DNA from: an uncultured beta proteobacterium
GTDB taxonomy: Bacteria > Pseudomonadota > Gammaproteobacteria > Burkholderiales > Methylophilaceae
Direction: 5' to 3'
NCBI GenBank assembly: GCA_963701715.1
Contig: CAVPAX010000002.1
Coordinates: forward strand, 77,040-141,039
Length of the DNA stretch: 64,000 nt
Part shown: piece by piece, positions 10,239 through 21,207 of the stretch
How the letters are laid out: each line of letters opens with the position of its first letter
Position numbering within the stretch: position 1 is the stretch's first letter
The notes under the pieces: generated by a model
Seen by the model: only the letters and a program-made list of their open reading frames with translations
Database searches by the model: none
Told to the model about the DNA's origin: nothing
Made by a program: the position numbers and the translations under genes

Positions 10239-11366
10239 TTAAGCATATGCACTTTCTTCAGTACTTAATTTTTTTAACAACTGCTGGTGTTCCGACAAAG
10301 CAAGCCTAATAAACTCTAAGCCTGCACCTGTCTTGGCAGAGACACGAACTTTGTAAATTCTACCATATTCATCGCGTTCCATCCCTGCTTCGCCGTCCAG
10401 CCTATCAATTTGGTTTAGCACCAGAATTTGTGGCACACTCGCTGCACCAATTTCTTGCAACACATGATTGACTTGCGCTATTTGCGCCTCACGGTTGGTG
10501 CTGGCCACATCTACCACATGCAACAACAAATCTGCCTGTGCAGCCTCTTCCAAAGTGGCACCAAAAGCCTCAATCAGAGTTGTAGGCAAGTGCTTGATAA
10601 AGCCTACCGTATCAGACAGCACGACAGGGTTTCCTTCTGGCAAATACATTTTTCGAGACGTTGTATCCAACGTAGCAAATAACTGGTCTGCCGCGTACAC
10701 GCCCGATTGTGTTAGCCGATTGAACAAAGTGGATTTACCTGCATTAGTATACCCCACCAGAGACACTGTCATTAAATTAGAACGTTTGCGCGCCCTACGC
10801 TGCATACCGCGCTGCTGCTTAAGTTTAGCTAGTTTTTCACGTAATTGTTTAACGCGAACACGCAACATACGACGATCCAATTCCAATTGCGTCTCACCAG
10901 GCCCGCCTCGCACACCGATGCCTCCCTTTTGACGCTCTAAGTGCGTCCAGCCACGTACCAGTCGGGTGGATAAATGCTCCAATTGAGCCAGCTCGACTTG
11001 CAGCTTACCTTCATGACTTTGTGCACGCTGCGCAAAGATATCAAGAATCAAGCCGGTACGGTCCACGACGCGGGCCTGCAAAAAGCGCTCCAAATTGCGC
11101 TGTTGTGATGGGCTCAAGTCATGATTAAAGGCAGCCACTTTAGTTTCACTGCTTCCCAGCATTAATTTAAGCTCGTCCGCTTTGCCGGATCCGATAAACA
11201 TTTTGGCATCGGGAGTGCTGCGCTTGCCTTCTAGAGTTCCTCTAATCTGCAAGCCGGCGCTGATAACCAGTTGACGGAGCTCGTGTAAACTTTCCGCGTA
11301 ATCTGGCTCGCCAAAATCAATGCTGACTAATATGACTGCATCACTACCTGAAGGTCTATCGAACAT
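10239..11366 (-). CDS. hflX: Ribosome-splitting GTPase HflX
   Basis: GPGETQLELDRR, GYTNAGKS, DQLFATLD, DTVGF. Confidence 0.97.
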   Translation of the reverse strand: MFDRPSGSDAVILVSIDFGEPDYAESLHELRQLVISAGLQIRGTLEGKRSTPDAKMFIGSGKADELKLMLGSSETKVAAFNHDLSPSQQRNLERFLQARVVDRTGLILDIFAQRAQSHEGKLQVELAQLEHLSTRLVRGWTHLERQKGGIGVRGGPGETQLELDRRMLRVRVKQLREKLAKLKQQRGMQRRARKRSNLMTVSLVGYTNAGKSTLFNRLTQSGVYAADQLFATLDTTSRKMYLPEGNPVVLSDTVGFIKHLPTTLIEAFGATLEEAAQADLLLHVVDVASTNREAQIAQVNHVLQEIGAASVPQILVLNQIDRLDGEAGMERDEYGRIYKVRVSAKTGAGLEFIRLALSEHQQLLKKLSTEESAYA

Positions 11367-11374
11367 TAAATCCT

Positions 11375-11611
11375 TTATTCATCCTGCTCGGGCATTGACA
11401 TACTCACTGCGCGTGCTGGCACAATAGTAGAAATGGCATGTTTATAAACCATTTGGGTAACAGTGTTTTTGAGTAAGATCACATATTGATCAAAAGAATC
11501 AACCTGTCCTTGCAGCTTAATGCCATTGACTAGATAAATGGACACTTGTACATGTTCTTTTCTGAGGGCATTTAAAAATGGATCCTGCAGCATTTGTCCT
11601 TTGTTATTCAT
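11375..11611 (-). CDS. hfq: RNA chaperone Hfq
   Basis: [29 protein letters not shown]. Confidence 0.99.
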   Translation of the reverse strand: MNNKGQMLQDPFLNALRKEHVQVSIYLVNGIKLQGQVDSFDQYVILLKNTVTQMVYKHAISTIVPARAVSMSMPEQDE

Positions 11612-11741
11612 ATTTTGCTCCTTGTAATTGTAATTAAAGTTGGAGTAGCTCTACTTAAAAAATATTAAGCAATAGCCAATTCTGCTAACCATATGACTAT
11701 GATTGCGCCTTTTTGTTCGCATTTCAAGTGTCTGGCAACAA

Positions 11742-13136
11742 TTATCTGACGTATTTTTGTATTCTACTGAGCGTTTCCTGCTGCCCAAGCAAAGCCATCA
11801 CTTGGTCAATACTGGGTGATTGCGCAATGCCAGTCAGCATAACCCGCAGCGGCATGGCAACTTTAGGAAACTTAAGCTGATATTCTGTAACGACCAAATT
11901 AATAGCTCCATGAATTGCTTCTGCAATCCAGTCAATATTGGCCAATTTTTCACTTAAGGATTGAAGAGCTGGTTTGATATCTGCTGTAATATGTTTTTCC
12001 ACATCGACTTCGCTGACCTGTGGCAAAGTATAAAAATAAGCCACGTCTTTCGCCAGTTGATTTAAGTTATTAGCGCGCTCGCGGTATAACGCAAGTACAT
12101 CTTCTAACTTTGGTGCTGACTTCACCTCAACACCCATGTTTGCAAGACGATTTTTAATATCATCAGCAAGCGCATCCATATCAGCCTCTTTAATATAATG
12201 CGCATTCAGCCAATTCAGTTTTTCGGTATTAAACTGTGCTGCAGATGGGGTGATGTGATCTAAATCGAACCACTCGCAAAATTGCTGCATATTAAAAATC
12301 TCAGCATCACCATGACTCCAGCCCAAACGCGCTAGATAATTTAATACCGCTGCTGGCAAATAACCATCCTCATGGTATTGCATCACACTCACCGCTCCAT
12401 GACGTTTTGATAGTTTCTGCCCATCGTCACCCAGAATCATGGACAAATGTGCATATTGCGGAATCGTGGCGCCAAGCGCCCGTAACATATTGATTTGGCG
12501 CGGCGTATTGTTGACATGATCATCGCCGCGAATCACATGTGTAATGTCCATTTCCCAATCATCTACCACCACACAGAAATTGTAGGTCGGTGTGCCATCA
12601 GCACGGGCAATAATCAAATCATCCATCTCGGCATTGGCGATTTCAATTCTACCTTTCACCAAGTCATCCCATGCAACTATGCCTGTTTGTGGATTTCTAA
12701 AACGTATGACAGGTTGAATATCTTTGGGAACTTCTGGCAATGTTTTTCCCTCTTCAGGACGCCATTTCCCATCATACCGTGGCTTTAGTCCTTGCTGCAT
12801 TTGGCTTTCACGCAAAGCATCCAGTTCTTCTTTGCTACAATAACAGTAATACGCACTGCCGTTATCCAGCATGGTCTGCAACATTTTTTTGTAAGTCCCC
12901 ATGCGTTGCATCTGGTAAAACGGACCTTCATCGTAATCCAAGCCCAACCAGTGCATACCATCCAGAATGGCTTGTACGGCTTGGGGCGTAGAACGTTCAA
13001 CATCAGTATCTTCAATCCGCAAAATAAATTGGCCGTGATGTTTTTTTGCATAAGCCCAAGAAAATAACGCGGTACGTGCGCCACCAATATGTAAAAAACC
13101 GGTGGGGCTAGGCGCAAAACGGGTACGAACTGTCAT
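11742..13136 (-). CDS. gltX: Glutamate--tRNA ligase
   Basis: RFAPSPTG.LHIGG, KLSKR. Confidence 0.98.
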   Translation of the reverse strand: MTVRTRFAPSPTGFLHIGGARTALFSWAYAKKHHGQFILRIEDTDVERSTPQAVQAILDGMHWLGLDYDEGPFYQMQRMGTYKKMLQTMLDNGSAYYCYCSKEELDALRESQMQQGLKPRYDGKWRPEEGKTLPEVPKDIQPVIRFRNPQTGIVAWDDLVKGRIEIANAEMDDLIIARADGTPTYNFCVVVDDWEMDITHVIRGDDHVNNTPRQINMLRALGATIPQYAHLSMILGDDGQKLSKRHGAVSVMQYHEDGYLPAAVLNYLARLGWSHGDAEIFNMQQFCEWFDLDHITPSAAQFNTEKLNWLNAHYIKEADMDALADDIKNRLANMGVEVKSAPKLEDVLALYRERANNLNQLAKDVAYFYTLPQVSEVDVEKHITADIKPALQSLSEKLANIDWIAEAIHGAINLVVTEYQLKFPKVAMPLRVMLTGIAQSPSIDQVMALLGQQETLSRIQKYVR

Positions 13137-13307
13137 GTGTGGTTTACTTTATAACTTAAAGCTTGAATTTTACCATGCAATCATTACTACTTAATTACCA
13201 ATAATATGATTAAATTAAACTTGATTATTCAATGATTTATTATTATATTTTCATACATTACATTTAGTTTAAATAAAATCACCGCCCCAAATTTAGTTTT
13301 CTTTCCG

Positions 13308-15011
13308 ATGAAAAATATTATTCAACACCTGTTCGGTTCAAGTCCTATAAAAAAAACCAACAAACTCTTGGACTGGATAAGTGATTTGAAAGAAATGGAT
13401 GACTTAACGGCGTTGCAATATTCCACAAAGCAGCTAGCACTTTTTCTCAGCCAAACTGAAGTGCAAGAAGCGCTAAGTATTCAACAGCAATTTAATTTAA
13501 TTAGCGAACTAGAAACACTCAATCAAGAGCGCTTGGAAAAACTTTCCACGCAGTTTTCTAACGTTGAGAATATGAAACCCGAGCTGGAAAATAGCATTTG
13601 CGAAACTTGTTATAGCTATTGCCGGCAATCTTATATTTTTCATCTAAAAATCATCGAGATAGTGTTTGATGTCAACCAGACACAGCCAGAATACCATGTC
13701 AAGCTGGAAGGAAATGCACCTGTTCTGCTGATGGCGCGCGCATTTTACACTGCCTTTAACATGATCAAATGGCGTATGCTCAGTCAATCTAATCCGCCGG
13801 CCAAAGTATGGCTGCAGATTAATGTACTGTATCGAATTGCTGCGCAGCAAATGCTGTTAAATAACCCAGTGGAACTATTTGATTTCTCGCCATCAACCAC
13901 TCTTTCAGCCTTTTATGTGCAAACATGTATGCTGGGACAGTTGGCGCAGGCAAGCATGCAAAAATACCATCTCGAAATTGCAACACGAATTTTAAACTCC
14001 CTGTTAACGCGTGCGTATATCAGTAATAAATCTACTCCAGAGCAGTACCTGTTTTATATTGATTTAGAAAAGGACTTTCCCGCAAAGCGCATGCGCGACT
14101 TTGTGCCGAATGACAATTATCGCTACTGGGAGCTTGACGAACTGGAAAGGCAAATAACTGTAGCAATTACAGTAACAGACCGCGGGGAAATCCCTCAAAG
14201 CCTGGCTTTCTCAAAAATTGACAATGCAAAAAAACTGAATGAAACCCTCAAAATCCTGCTCGAGGAATGGAGAAAAGATGGTTACATCAGGCAACGCCGC
14301 AAAATCACGCGTCAGGCTAGCTCAAAAACGGCCAGAGTTAATGCTGGTATCGTGAACATTTGTAACCAAGTATATCAAGCAAATCAAATTAGCAGCGGAT
14401 TGCGAATGTCACATAATGGCGCATCCCTGGACGAACGAATAAGAGCACATACTGCATTAAAGCAAACCAGCATTTTATCTGCCAATAGCGGCTCGCTCGA
14501 TACATGGATTATCACGGATGAAAGCCCACGGGGCTTGGGAACGCGCGTTAACAAGTACGCCAACATCTTGGCCAGACCGGATAAACTGATCGGGCTGGTC
14601 ATAGACGAAAACTACAACAAGCTTGTTATTGGAATGATCAGATCTGTCAAACCGACACAGGGCAGCCAATTAAGGGTAGGTATTGAGACCATCTCGCACC
14701 ACCCAACTTGGGTGCAATTACGTCAAATACGTTCCGGAGAAATTTTTCATCCTACCGAATCCACAACTGCACTGCGCAGTGAAATCGGCACAAAAAACAC
14801 CGCTAGCACTATAGATATTGGCTTATTTTCCGGTATTTATTTGCCAATCGAAGCAGGAATATCCAGCTCATCCATGATGATACTGCCCAAAATGAATTAC
14901 AGCGCAAATAGTAATTATGCCGTGAGTATTGATGGCTCCACAAAACACGTCCAATTAGGTGAGCCTATCGAATCTCGCGATGACTGGGTTAAAGTCGCTT
15001 TTCCATTTTAA
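13308..15011 (+). CDS. Hypothetical protein with PilZ-like c-di-GMP-binding signatures
   Basis: 567-aa ORF; RxxxR (RKITR) followed by DxSxxG (DESPRG) in the C-terminal half. Confidence 0.6.
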   Translation: MKNIIQHLFGSSPIKKTNKLLDWISDLKEMDDLTALQYSTKQLALFLSQTEVQEALSIQQQFNLISELETLNQERLEKLSTQFSNVENMKPELENSICETCYSYCRQSYIFHLKIIEIVFDVNQTQPEYHVKLEGNAPVLLMARAFYTAFNMIKWRMLSQSNPPAKVWLQINVLYRIAAQQMLLNNPVELFDFSPSTTLSAFYVQTCMLGQLAQASMQKYHLEIATRILNSLLTRAYISNKSTPEQYLFYIDLEKDFPAKRMRDFVPNDNYRYWELDELERQITVAITVTDRGEIPQSLAFSKIDNAKKLNETLKILLEEWRKDGYIRQRRKITRQASSKTARVNAGIVNICNQVYQANQISSGLRMSHNGASLDERIRAHTALKQTSILSANSGSLDTWIITDESPRGLGTRVNKYANILARPDKLIGLVIDENYNKLVIGMIRSVKPTQGSQLRVGIETISHHPTWVQLRQIRSGEIFHPTESTTALRSEIGTKNTASTIDIGLFSGIYLPIEAGISSSSMMILPKMNYSANSNYAVSIDGSTKHVQLGEPIESRDDWVKVAFPF

Positions 15012-16426
15012 TGGGGTTGGGTCTCTTGAGCAGAGAAAGCCGCACCCTTCCAATCACCACCCAAAACTTTAAATAACTCAACTGTTGCTAAAAAAGTTGC
15101 TTGTTTGGCCTGTATCACTGCAAGTGATGCCTCGTTATGTACACGTTGTGCATCCAACACTTCCAAATAGGCTGAATAGCCTGATTTATAGCGATTCTCT
15201 GCCACTGTTAGCGCTTTTTTTGCTGAAGCTTCACTTTGTTGCAAACTTTGCTCGCGCTCAGCATTCAGGCGTCTCGTAATCAACGCATCATTGACTTCTC
15301 TAAATGCATTTTGTATTGCAGCCTGATACTGCGCCAATGCTTGTTTCTGCCTCGCAGAGGCTTGCTCTACACGCAATCGACGCTTGCCTGAATCGAAAAT
15401 CGGTAAATCCAGCCCTAGTCCCAAAGTCCAGACACGGGCGCCAGTTTTTAACAGATCGCTTAACTCCAAACTTTCACCCCCATAGCTACCCGTTAACGTG
15501 ATACTTGGGTATAGTGCAGCCTTAGCAACGCCGATTCTGGCATTTTCCGCTATCAGCACCTGCTCTGCCCGTCGAATGTCAGGGCGACTTTCCAATAGTG
15601 TGGAAGGTAAGCCGGCCGGTGGTGTAGGTGGCAAAGGTAAAGTACGTATATCTGCTGTCTCTAATTTCAAATCCAGCACACCGCTCAGCACCGCAAGCTG
15701 ATATAGACTCAGCGCGCGTAAACGGTTCAGTTCGATGAGCTGCGCTTCTAGGTTGCTCACTGCCACTTCGGCTTGACTCACTTCCAAAGCACTTGCCACA
15801 CCGCCTGCAAGCCGCCTCTGATTTAAGCTAAGCGCTTCTTTACGACTTTTTTGATTGTCCTTGGTTACTGCGATTTGCGCATCCAGACCGCGTAATTGTA
15901 AATAATTACTTGCTACCAAACCTATCAGGGAAAGCTCTACTGTTTCTTTCGCATTACGTGTTGCCAAAACGCTTGCTGCTGCCGCTTCCTTATTACGCTT
16001 TAGCCTGCCCCAAAAATCAATTTCATAGGAGGTATCAAGGCTGAATGTATAATTATTGCGAATCGGCGAAGTAAAGGTTGGAAACGGTCCTAGCTCAGTT
16101 ACCTTGCTGCGTTCTGCTTCAGTGGAAAAATTAATTTCTGGCAACAAGTAGGCACCAACTTCACGCATACTTGCATCCGCCTCTTCAATGCGTGCAACTG
16201 CGAGCTGAATATTGGTGTTATTTTTAAGGGTGAGTTCAATCAATTCATTCAGTTTTTCGTCCTGATAGTGCTTCCACCATTGCTTCATTACATCATTCGA
16301 CGCATTGGGTGCTATGTCTTCTTCGCTAAATACGGCCGGCAAACCTGTTTCAGAGCGCTGGTAATCGGGTCCTACCGCTTTGCAGGCAGTCAAACACAAT
16401 ATCAACAGCAGGCTTAGTTTTTTCAT
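15008..16426 (-). CDS. RND efflux outer-membrane lipoprotein (NodT/OprM family)
   Basis: Lipobox LTAC, YEIDFWGR, RPDIRRAEQ, YLEVLDAQR. Confidence 0.93.
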   Translation of the reverse strand: MKKLSLLLILCLTACKAVGPDYQRSETGLPAVFSEEDIAPNASNDVMKQWWKHYQDEKLNELIELTLKNNTNIQLAVARIEEADASMREVGAYLLPEINFSTEAERSKVTELGPFPTFTSPIRNNYTFSLDTSYEIDFWGRLKRNKEAAAASVLATRNAKETVELSLIGLVASNYLQLRGLDAQIAVTKDNQKSRKEALSLNQRRLAGGVASALEVSQAEVAVSNLEAQLIELNRLRALSLYQLAVLSGVLDLKLETADIRTLPLPPTPPAGLPSTLLESRPDIRRAEQVLIAENARIGVAKAALYPSITLTGSYGGESLELSDLLKTGARVWTLGLGLDLPIFDSGKRRLRVEQASARQKQALAQYQAAIQNAFREVNDALITRRLNAEREQSLQQSEASAKKALTVAENRYKSGYSAYLEVLDAQRVHNEASLAVIQAKQATFLATVELFKVLGGDWKGAAFSAQETQPH

Positions 16427-19400
16427 AATGCAGTCTCGTTAGGCTTATCTTGCCTATTTTCGATTTCATGATGGCGATGCACGGTTTTTCCAGACAACCA
16501 TGAGAAGAACAATGGAATAAAAATCGTGGCAATAAATGTTGCCAGCAGCATGCCACCAAACACGCCAGTACCCATACTGCGGCGTGCGGCAGAGCCTGCA
16601 CCGGATGCGACCAGCAACGGTGTAATGCCTAGCACAAACGCCATGGAGGTCATGACGATCGGCCTAAAACGTAACCGAGCTGCCTCTACTGCCGCCTGCA
16701 GGACAGGTTTCCCTTCTTCCATTTTCTGGCTGGCAAACTCCACAATTAATATGGCATTTTTAGCAGCAAGTCCAATCAAGGTAATCAGGCCGATCTGGAA
16801 GTAAATGTCATTCGGCATGCCGCGCACAAACACAGCCAAAAGCGCGCCAGCCAGTGCAAATGGCACCGCCATGATAACGGCCAAAGGCAATGCCCAGGTT
16901 TCGAATTGCGCCGCTAAAATTAAAAATACCATGATAATGGCAAAACTAAAGGCGAACAGTGCAGCTGAGCCAGTGCGTTTCTCCTGATAAGCCTGTCCTG
17001 TCCAGGCAATTTGATAGCCTTCTGGCAAGTTTTCTTTTGCCAGTTTTTCAACCAAATCAATCGCATCGCCGGAACTGATAGTAGAAGCACCACTGCCCAG
17101 TATTTTTGCAGATAATAAGCCGTTATAGCGCTCAAGCTGCTCGGCACCAATGATACTGCTAACTTTACTTAATGAAGACAGCGGAATCATTGTCCCTTGT
17201 TTGCTGCGCACATATACTTTACCGATATCCTCCGGCTGCATACGGAATTGCGGTTCGGCCTGCAGTTGTACCTTATAGGTACGACCGGACTTATTAAAAT
17301 CATTTACATATAGCTGGCCCATGGTGCTCTGTAAGGTGGCATAAATTTCAGAAATAGGCACGCCCAACGATAAGGCTTTAGCCTCATCCACCTCAATATA
17401 CAACTGCGGTACAGTCGGCCTAAAAAAAGTATTGATGCCGGTCAGTTTGGGGTTGGCGCGCAGCGTGTCCACAAAACTATTCAATACCGCCGCCAGTTTT
17501 TGTGGATCAGTATCAATACGGCTTTGCACATACACCTCAAAGCCTCCAGCACTGCCCAAACCGCGAATTGCGGGTGGATTAAACGCTATTGCCACCCCAT
17601 CTGGCTGGTTCATCCCGAGGCCAAACAACTTGCCAACTATTTGCTCGGCCGTTGTCGTACGCTCTTCCCAATCTTTCAGACGCACAAACATGGTGGCCGC
17701 ACTGGTTTTATTGCCGCCGCCAATTAAATCAAAGCCGTTTACAGCAAACTCGTGTGCTACGGCAGGATCTTGCGCAATTCCCTTTCGCACCGCTTCTGTC
17801 GTTTTTTCAGTACGGTTCAAAGTTGCACCATCTGGCATAATCACGGCAGTTATAACGTATCCCTGATCCTCTGCAGGTACGAAGCTATTAGGTACGCGGT
17901 TAAGCAGCACAATACATATCGCAATAATTGCTGTGAATACAACTGCACCAATAATTCTGTGATGCAGCGTTAAATCGACAATGCGCGTGTAAAAATGCGT
18001 AAGTTTATGGAAACCTTGATTAAATGCGTTAAAGAACGCAGATTTCTGATGTGTATTTTTCAATAGAATCGCGCATAAAGCCGGAGTAAGCGTAAGCGCC
18101 ACCACGCCTGAAATCACCACTGCGATTGCCACAGTGACAGCGAACTGGCGGTACAGGGCACCGGCAATGCCGCCCAAAAACGCAACGGGAATAAATACCG
18201 CGCATAGCACCATCACAATCGCCACTACAGCGGCAGAAACCTGTCGCATGGATTTAATTGCAGCATCCATAGGTTTAAGTTTTTCTTCAGTCATCAGGCG
18301 CTCGATGTTCTCCAGCACCACAATCGCATCATCAACCACAATACCAATCGCTAGAATCATTGCAAACAGCGTCAGCAAATTAATGGTGAAGCCGAGTAAA
18401 TACAGTCCAGCAAAGGTACCAATCAGCGAAATTGGCACAGCGATGATCGGGATCAATGTTGCACGCCAACTCTGTAAAAATAAAAATACCACCAGAACCA
18501 CTAACACCAAAGCTTCGCCTAGTGTTTTAAAAACTTCCTGAATGGTTGCTTTTACAAAATCGCTGGTATCGTAAGGAATGCTAAATTGCATGCCTTTTGG
18601 AAAGCGTTGCTTCAGCTCTGCCATTTTCAGCTTGATATTTTTTGCGGTTTCGAGTGCATTGGAGCCTGTTTGTAAAAATATCGGGATCGCTACACCTGTC
18701 GTGCCATCTAGCGCCGAGCGTACATTATAGTTTTGCGCCCCCAGTTCAATACGCGCCACATCTTTCAGGTATAAAATACCGCGCGGTCCATCGGCCTTGA
18801 TGATGATGTTGCCAAACTGTTCCGGCTCCAGTAAACGCCCTTTGGCTGTGACGGTATACACGATTTGCTGATCATTCGGTGCTGGGTCCTGCCCGATTTT
18901 ACCTGCGGCGTATTGCGCATTTTGCGATTGAATCGCCTGTGCAATATCTGTTGTGGTTACGCCCAGCTGCGCCATACGATCCGGCCGCAACCATACCCGC
19001 ATGGCATAATCTTGCCCGCCAAATATCAATACATCGCCCACACCCTGCACGCGCTTCAATTCATCTAATACATTGAGCGTAGCGTAGTTACTTAAAAACA
19101 GTCTGTCGTGTTTTTTATCTTCTGATGTGAGCATCACCACCAGTAGAATATCATTGGATTTTTTCTGCACAATTAAACCGTTGCGCCGCACTTCGTCGGG
19201 CAAACGCGGCGTGGCAATGTTCACGCGATTGCTCACGTTAAATGTCGCCTGGTCAATATTTGTGCCCACTTCAAACGTGGCGGTAATAGTGAGTGTACCG
19301 CTGGAATCTGCACTTGAATTGAAATACAGCAAACGCTCGACACCACTTAGCTGCTCTTCAATTGGCGCAGCTACGGTTTTAGAAAGCGTCTCTGCGCTCG

Positions 19401-19554
19401 CGCCGGGGTAAACCGCAGTAATCGTCACGGTTGGCGGGGCTATTTCCGGATACTGCGCAATAGGCAGCTTAAGTGCTGCTGCTGCACCGGCCAACACAAT
19501 GATGATGGATAAAACGCCAGCAAAAATGGGACGGGTTATAAAAAACTTAATCAT
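16423..19554 (-). CDS. RND efflux permease (HAE1/AcrB family)
   Basis: FFITRPIFA, QYPEIAPP, GIVVDDAIVV, KNAILIVEFA, RFRPIVMTS. Confidence 0.96.
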   Translation of the reverse strand: MIKFFITRPIFAGVLSIIIVLAGAAAALKLPIAQYPEIAPPTVTITAVYPGASAETLSKTVAAPIEEQLSGVERLLYFNSSADSSGTLTITATFEVGTNIDQATFNVSNRVNIATPRLPDEVRRNGLIVQKKSNDILLVVMLTSEDKKHDRLFLSNYATLNVLDELKRVQGVGDVLIFGGQDYAMRVWLRPDRMAQLGVTTTDIAQAIQSQNAQYAAGKIGQDPAPNDQQIVYTVTAKGRLLEPEQFGNIIIKADGPRGILYLKDVARIELGAQNYNVRSALDGTTGVAIPIFLQTGSNALETAKNIKLKMAELKQRFPKGMQFSIPYDTSDFVKATIQEVFKTLGEALVLVVLVVFLFLQSWRATLIPIIAVPISLIGTFAGLYLLGFTINLLTLFAMILAIGIVVDDAIVVLENIERLMTEEKLKPMDAAIKSMRQVSAAVVAIVMVLCAVFIPVAFLGGIAGALYRQFAVTVAIAVVISGVVALTLTPALCAILLKNTHQKSAFFNAFNQGFHKLTHFYTRIVDLTLHHRIIGAVVFTAIIAICIVLLNRVPNSFVPAEDQGYVITAVIMPDGATLNRTEKTTEAVRKGIAQDPAVAHEFAVNGFDLIGGGNKTSAATMFVRLKDWEERTTTAEQIVGKLFGLGMNQPDGVAIAFNPPAIRGLGSAGGFEVYVQSRIDTDPQKLAAVLNSFVDTLRANPKLTGINTFFRPTVPQLYIEVDEAKALSLGVPISEIYATLQSTMGQLYVNDFNKSGRTYKVQLQAEPQFRMQPEDIGKVYVRSKQGTMIPLSSLSKVSSIIGAEQLERYNGLLSAKILGSGASTISSGDAIDLVEKLAKENLPEGYQIAWTGQAYQEKRTGSAALFAFSFAIIMVFLILAAQFETWALPLAVIMAVPFALAGALLAVFVRGMPNDIYFQIGLITLIGLAAKNAILIVEFASQKMEEGKPVLQAAVEAARLRFRPIVMTSMAFVLGITPLLVASGAGSAARRSMGTGVFGGMLLATFIATIFIPLFFSWLSGKTVHRHHEIENRQDKPNETAL

Positions 19555-19589
19555 GGCTTAAAAATTTAATCTTCATTGATTATTCTTTG

Positions 19590-20735
19590 CTATTTAGTAG
19601 GTGCTTCAGGAGGCAAGCTGGGAGCGGCTCCCAAAGCATGCGGTGCAACAGGTGCATTCGGGCGCAATTTGATTAAATTATCCACAATCACCTTATCATT
19701 CGCCTTTAAGCCTTCCAAAACAATCCAATCTTTACCCTTCCATTCACCCACCACTACAGGCCGAATCGTCGCTTCATTTTTCTCGTTCGCAACATACAAA
19801 AATTTGCCTTGCTCGCCTGTAAGCACTGCAGTTTGCGGCACCAGAAACACACCTTCACGTGTGCCAGTTGTAACGCGGGCACGCACAAACTGGCCTGGAA
19901 GCAGACGTTTATCGGCATTATCAAATGTAGCGCGCAATTCTTGGGTACCGAGACTGGGGTTGATCTGATTGGCCGTAAAATTCAATTTACCTTTTTTTGC
20001 ATACTCACTGCCATCGGGCAAGATCAAGCTCACTTCACTCACATGCTTGGCGTTAATATGGCCCCCTAAACTTTGCAACTCACTTTCAGACAAACTGAAA
20101 CGCACCCAAATCGGTGACACTTGAATAATCGTCGTCAGCAAGCTGGTATTGGCTGCTACCAACGCGCCTTCGGAATACTGGAAACGTCCGGCAATACCGG
20201 ATACCGGCGCAGTGACGTTGGTATAAGAAAGATTCAGTTCGGCTTCTTTAACATTTGCCTGTGCCCGCATCATGTCAGCCTGTGAAATACTGACATCCGA
20301 AGTGGCATTGTCGTATTCGCGCTGGCTGATAGATTGTGTGGCTAACAACTCTTTTAATCGGTTAGATTCACGTGAGGTTTGTGTGATGCGCGCACCTTGC
20401 CCGGTAGCTTGTGCTTTGGCTTGCGACAGCGCGATTTGATAAGGCACTGGGTCAATCTGGAACATCACCTGCCCAGCCTTTACTGGCTGGCCTTCTTCAA
20501 ACATCTTTTTCAAGATGATACCGCCTACGCGTGGGCGAATTTCAACTTCGCTTGCACCCTCGGTTTGCGCAACAGCTTCTACACTCATCGGCACAGATGT
20601 TGGCTGCACAGCGATCACACTCACAGGCATTGCAGGCATCGCCATGCCATTCGGCGGTGCGGAGACCTCTTTTTTATCGCATGCTGTAACGAGAATGGTT
20701 AACAGAAAGCTTATTATTATCAATCGTGCGTTCAT
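19590..20735 (-). CDS. RND efflux periplasmic adaptor (AcrA family)
   Basis: Lipobox VTAC, VEIRPRVGG, APVSG, LLPGQFV. Confidence 0.93.
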   Translation of the reverse strand: MNARLIIISFLLTILVTACDKKEVSAPPNGMAMPAMPVSVIAVQPTSVPMSVEAVAQTEGASEVEIRPRVGGIILKKMFEEGQPVKAGQVMFQIDPVPYQIALSQAKAQATGQGARITQTSRESNRLKELLATQSISQREYDNATSDVSISQADMMRAQANVKEAELNLSYTNVTAPVSGIAGRFQYSEGALVAANTSLLTTIIQVSPIWVRFSLSESELQSLGGHINAKHVSEVSLILPDGSEYAKKGKLNFTANQINPSLGTQELRATFDNADKRLLPGQFVRARVTTGTREGVFLVPQTAVLTGEQGKFLYVANEKNEATIRPVVVGEWKGKDWIVLEGLKANDKVIVDNLIKLRPNAPVAPHALGAAPSLPPEAPTK

Positions 20736-20871
20736 AAAATTATCCAAAATATGCAAAACTTACTTAATTAATCTTAAAATACCAATTAAGACAATAAGAT
20801 ACTTGCGTTATTTAAAGTGTTAATGCATTATACACCTGACAGTTATTGTTAATAATGACAGTTTTAAAGCA

Positions 20872-21207
20872 ATGGCGGGCAAAATGATTCTAACTGGCGA
20901 AATCTACGGAAAACAAACATCCAGCAAATTTGTGATGTACAACGTGCTTAAAGTCACTAAAGCCGCTATCACACTGCAAAATATTGACAATCCACTCAGC
21001 CTGTTTGAAACCACCGCACAAAAGTTAGTGTCCTCCGGGTACGTACGAATTAGCCAAACACCCTACATTAATATTGAAATCACGGGCGCTAAAAAGAAAA
21101 AAGTGGCTAAAAAACCTATACGCTGCCCTTATACTTTAGACTTTTTAGAAGAACGTGCCGATAGCGAACGCCCTGCCCCGGTATTACCCGATTTATTTAC
21201 GAATTAA
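20872..21207 (+). CDS. Hypothetical protein
   Basis: 111-aa ORF in otherwise unassigned space, convergent with the flavodoxin gene. Confidence 0.55.
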   Translation: MAGKMILTGEIYGKQTSSKFVMYNVLKVTKAAITLQNIDNPLSLFETTAQKLVSSGYVRISQTPYINIEITGAKKKKVAKKPIRCPYTLDFLEERADSERPAPVLPDLFTN

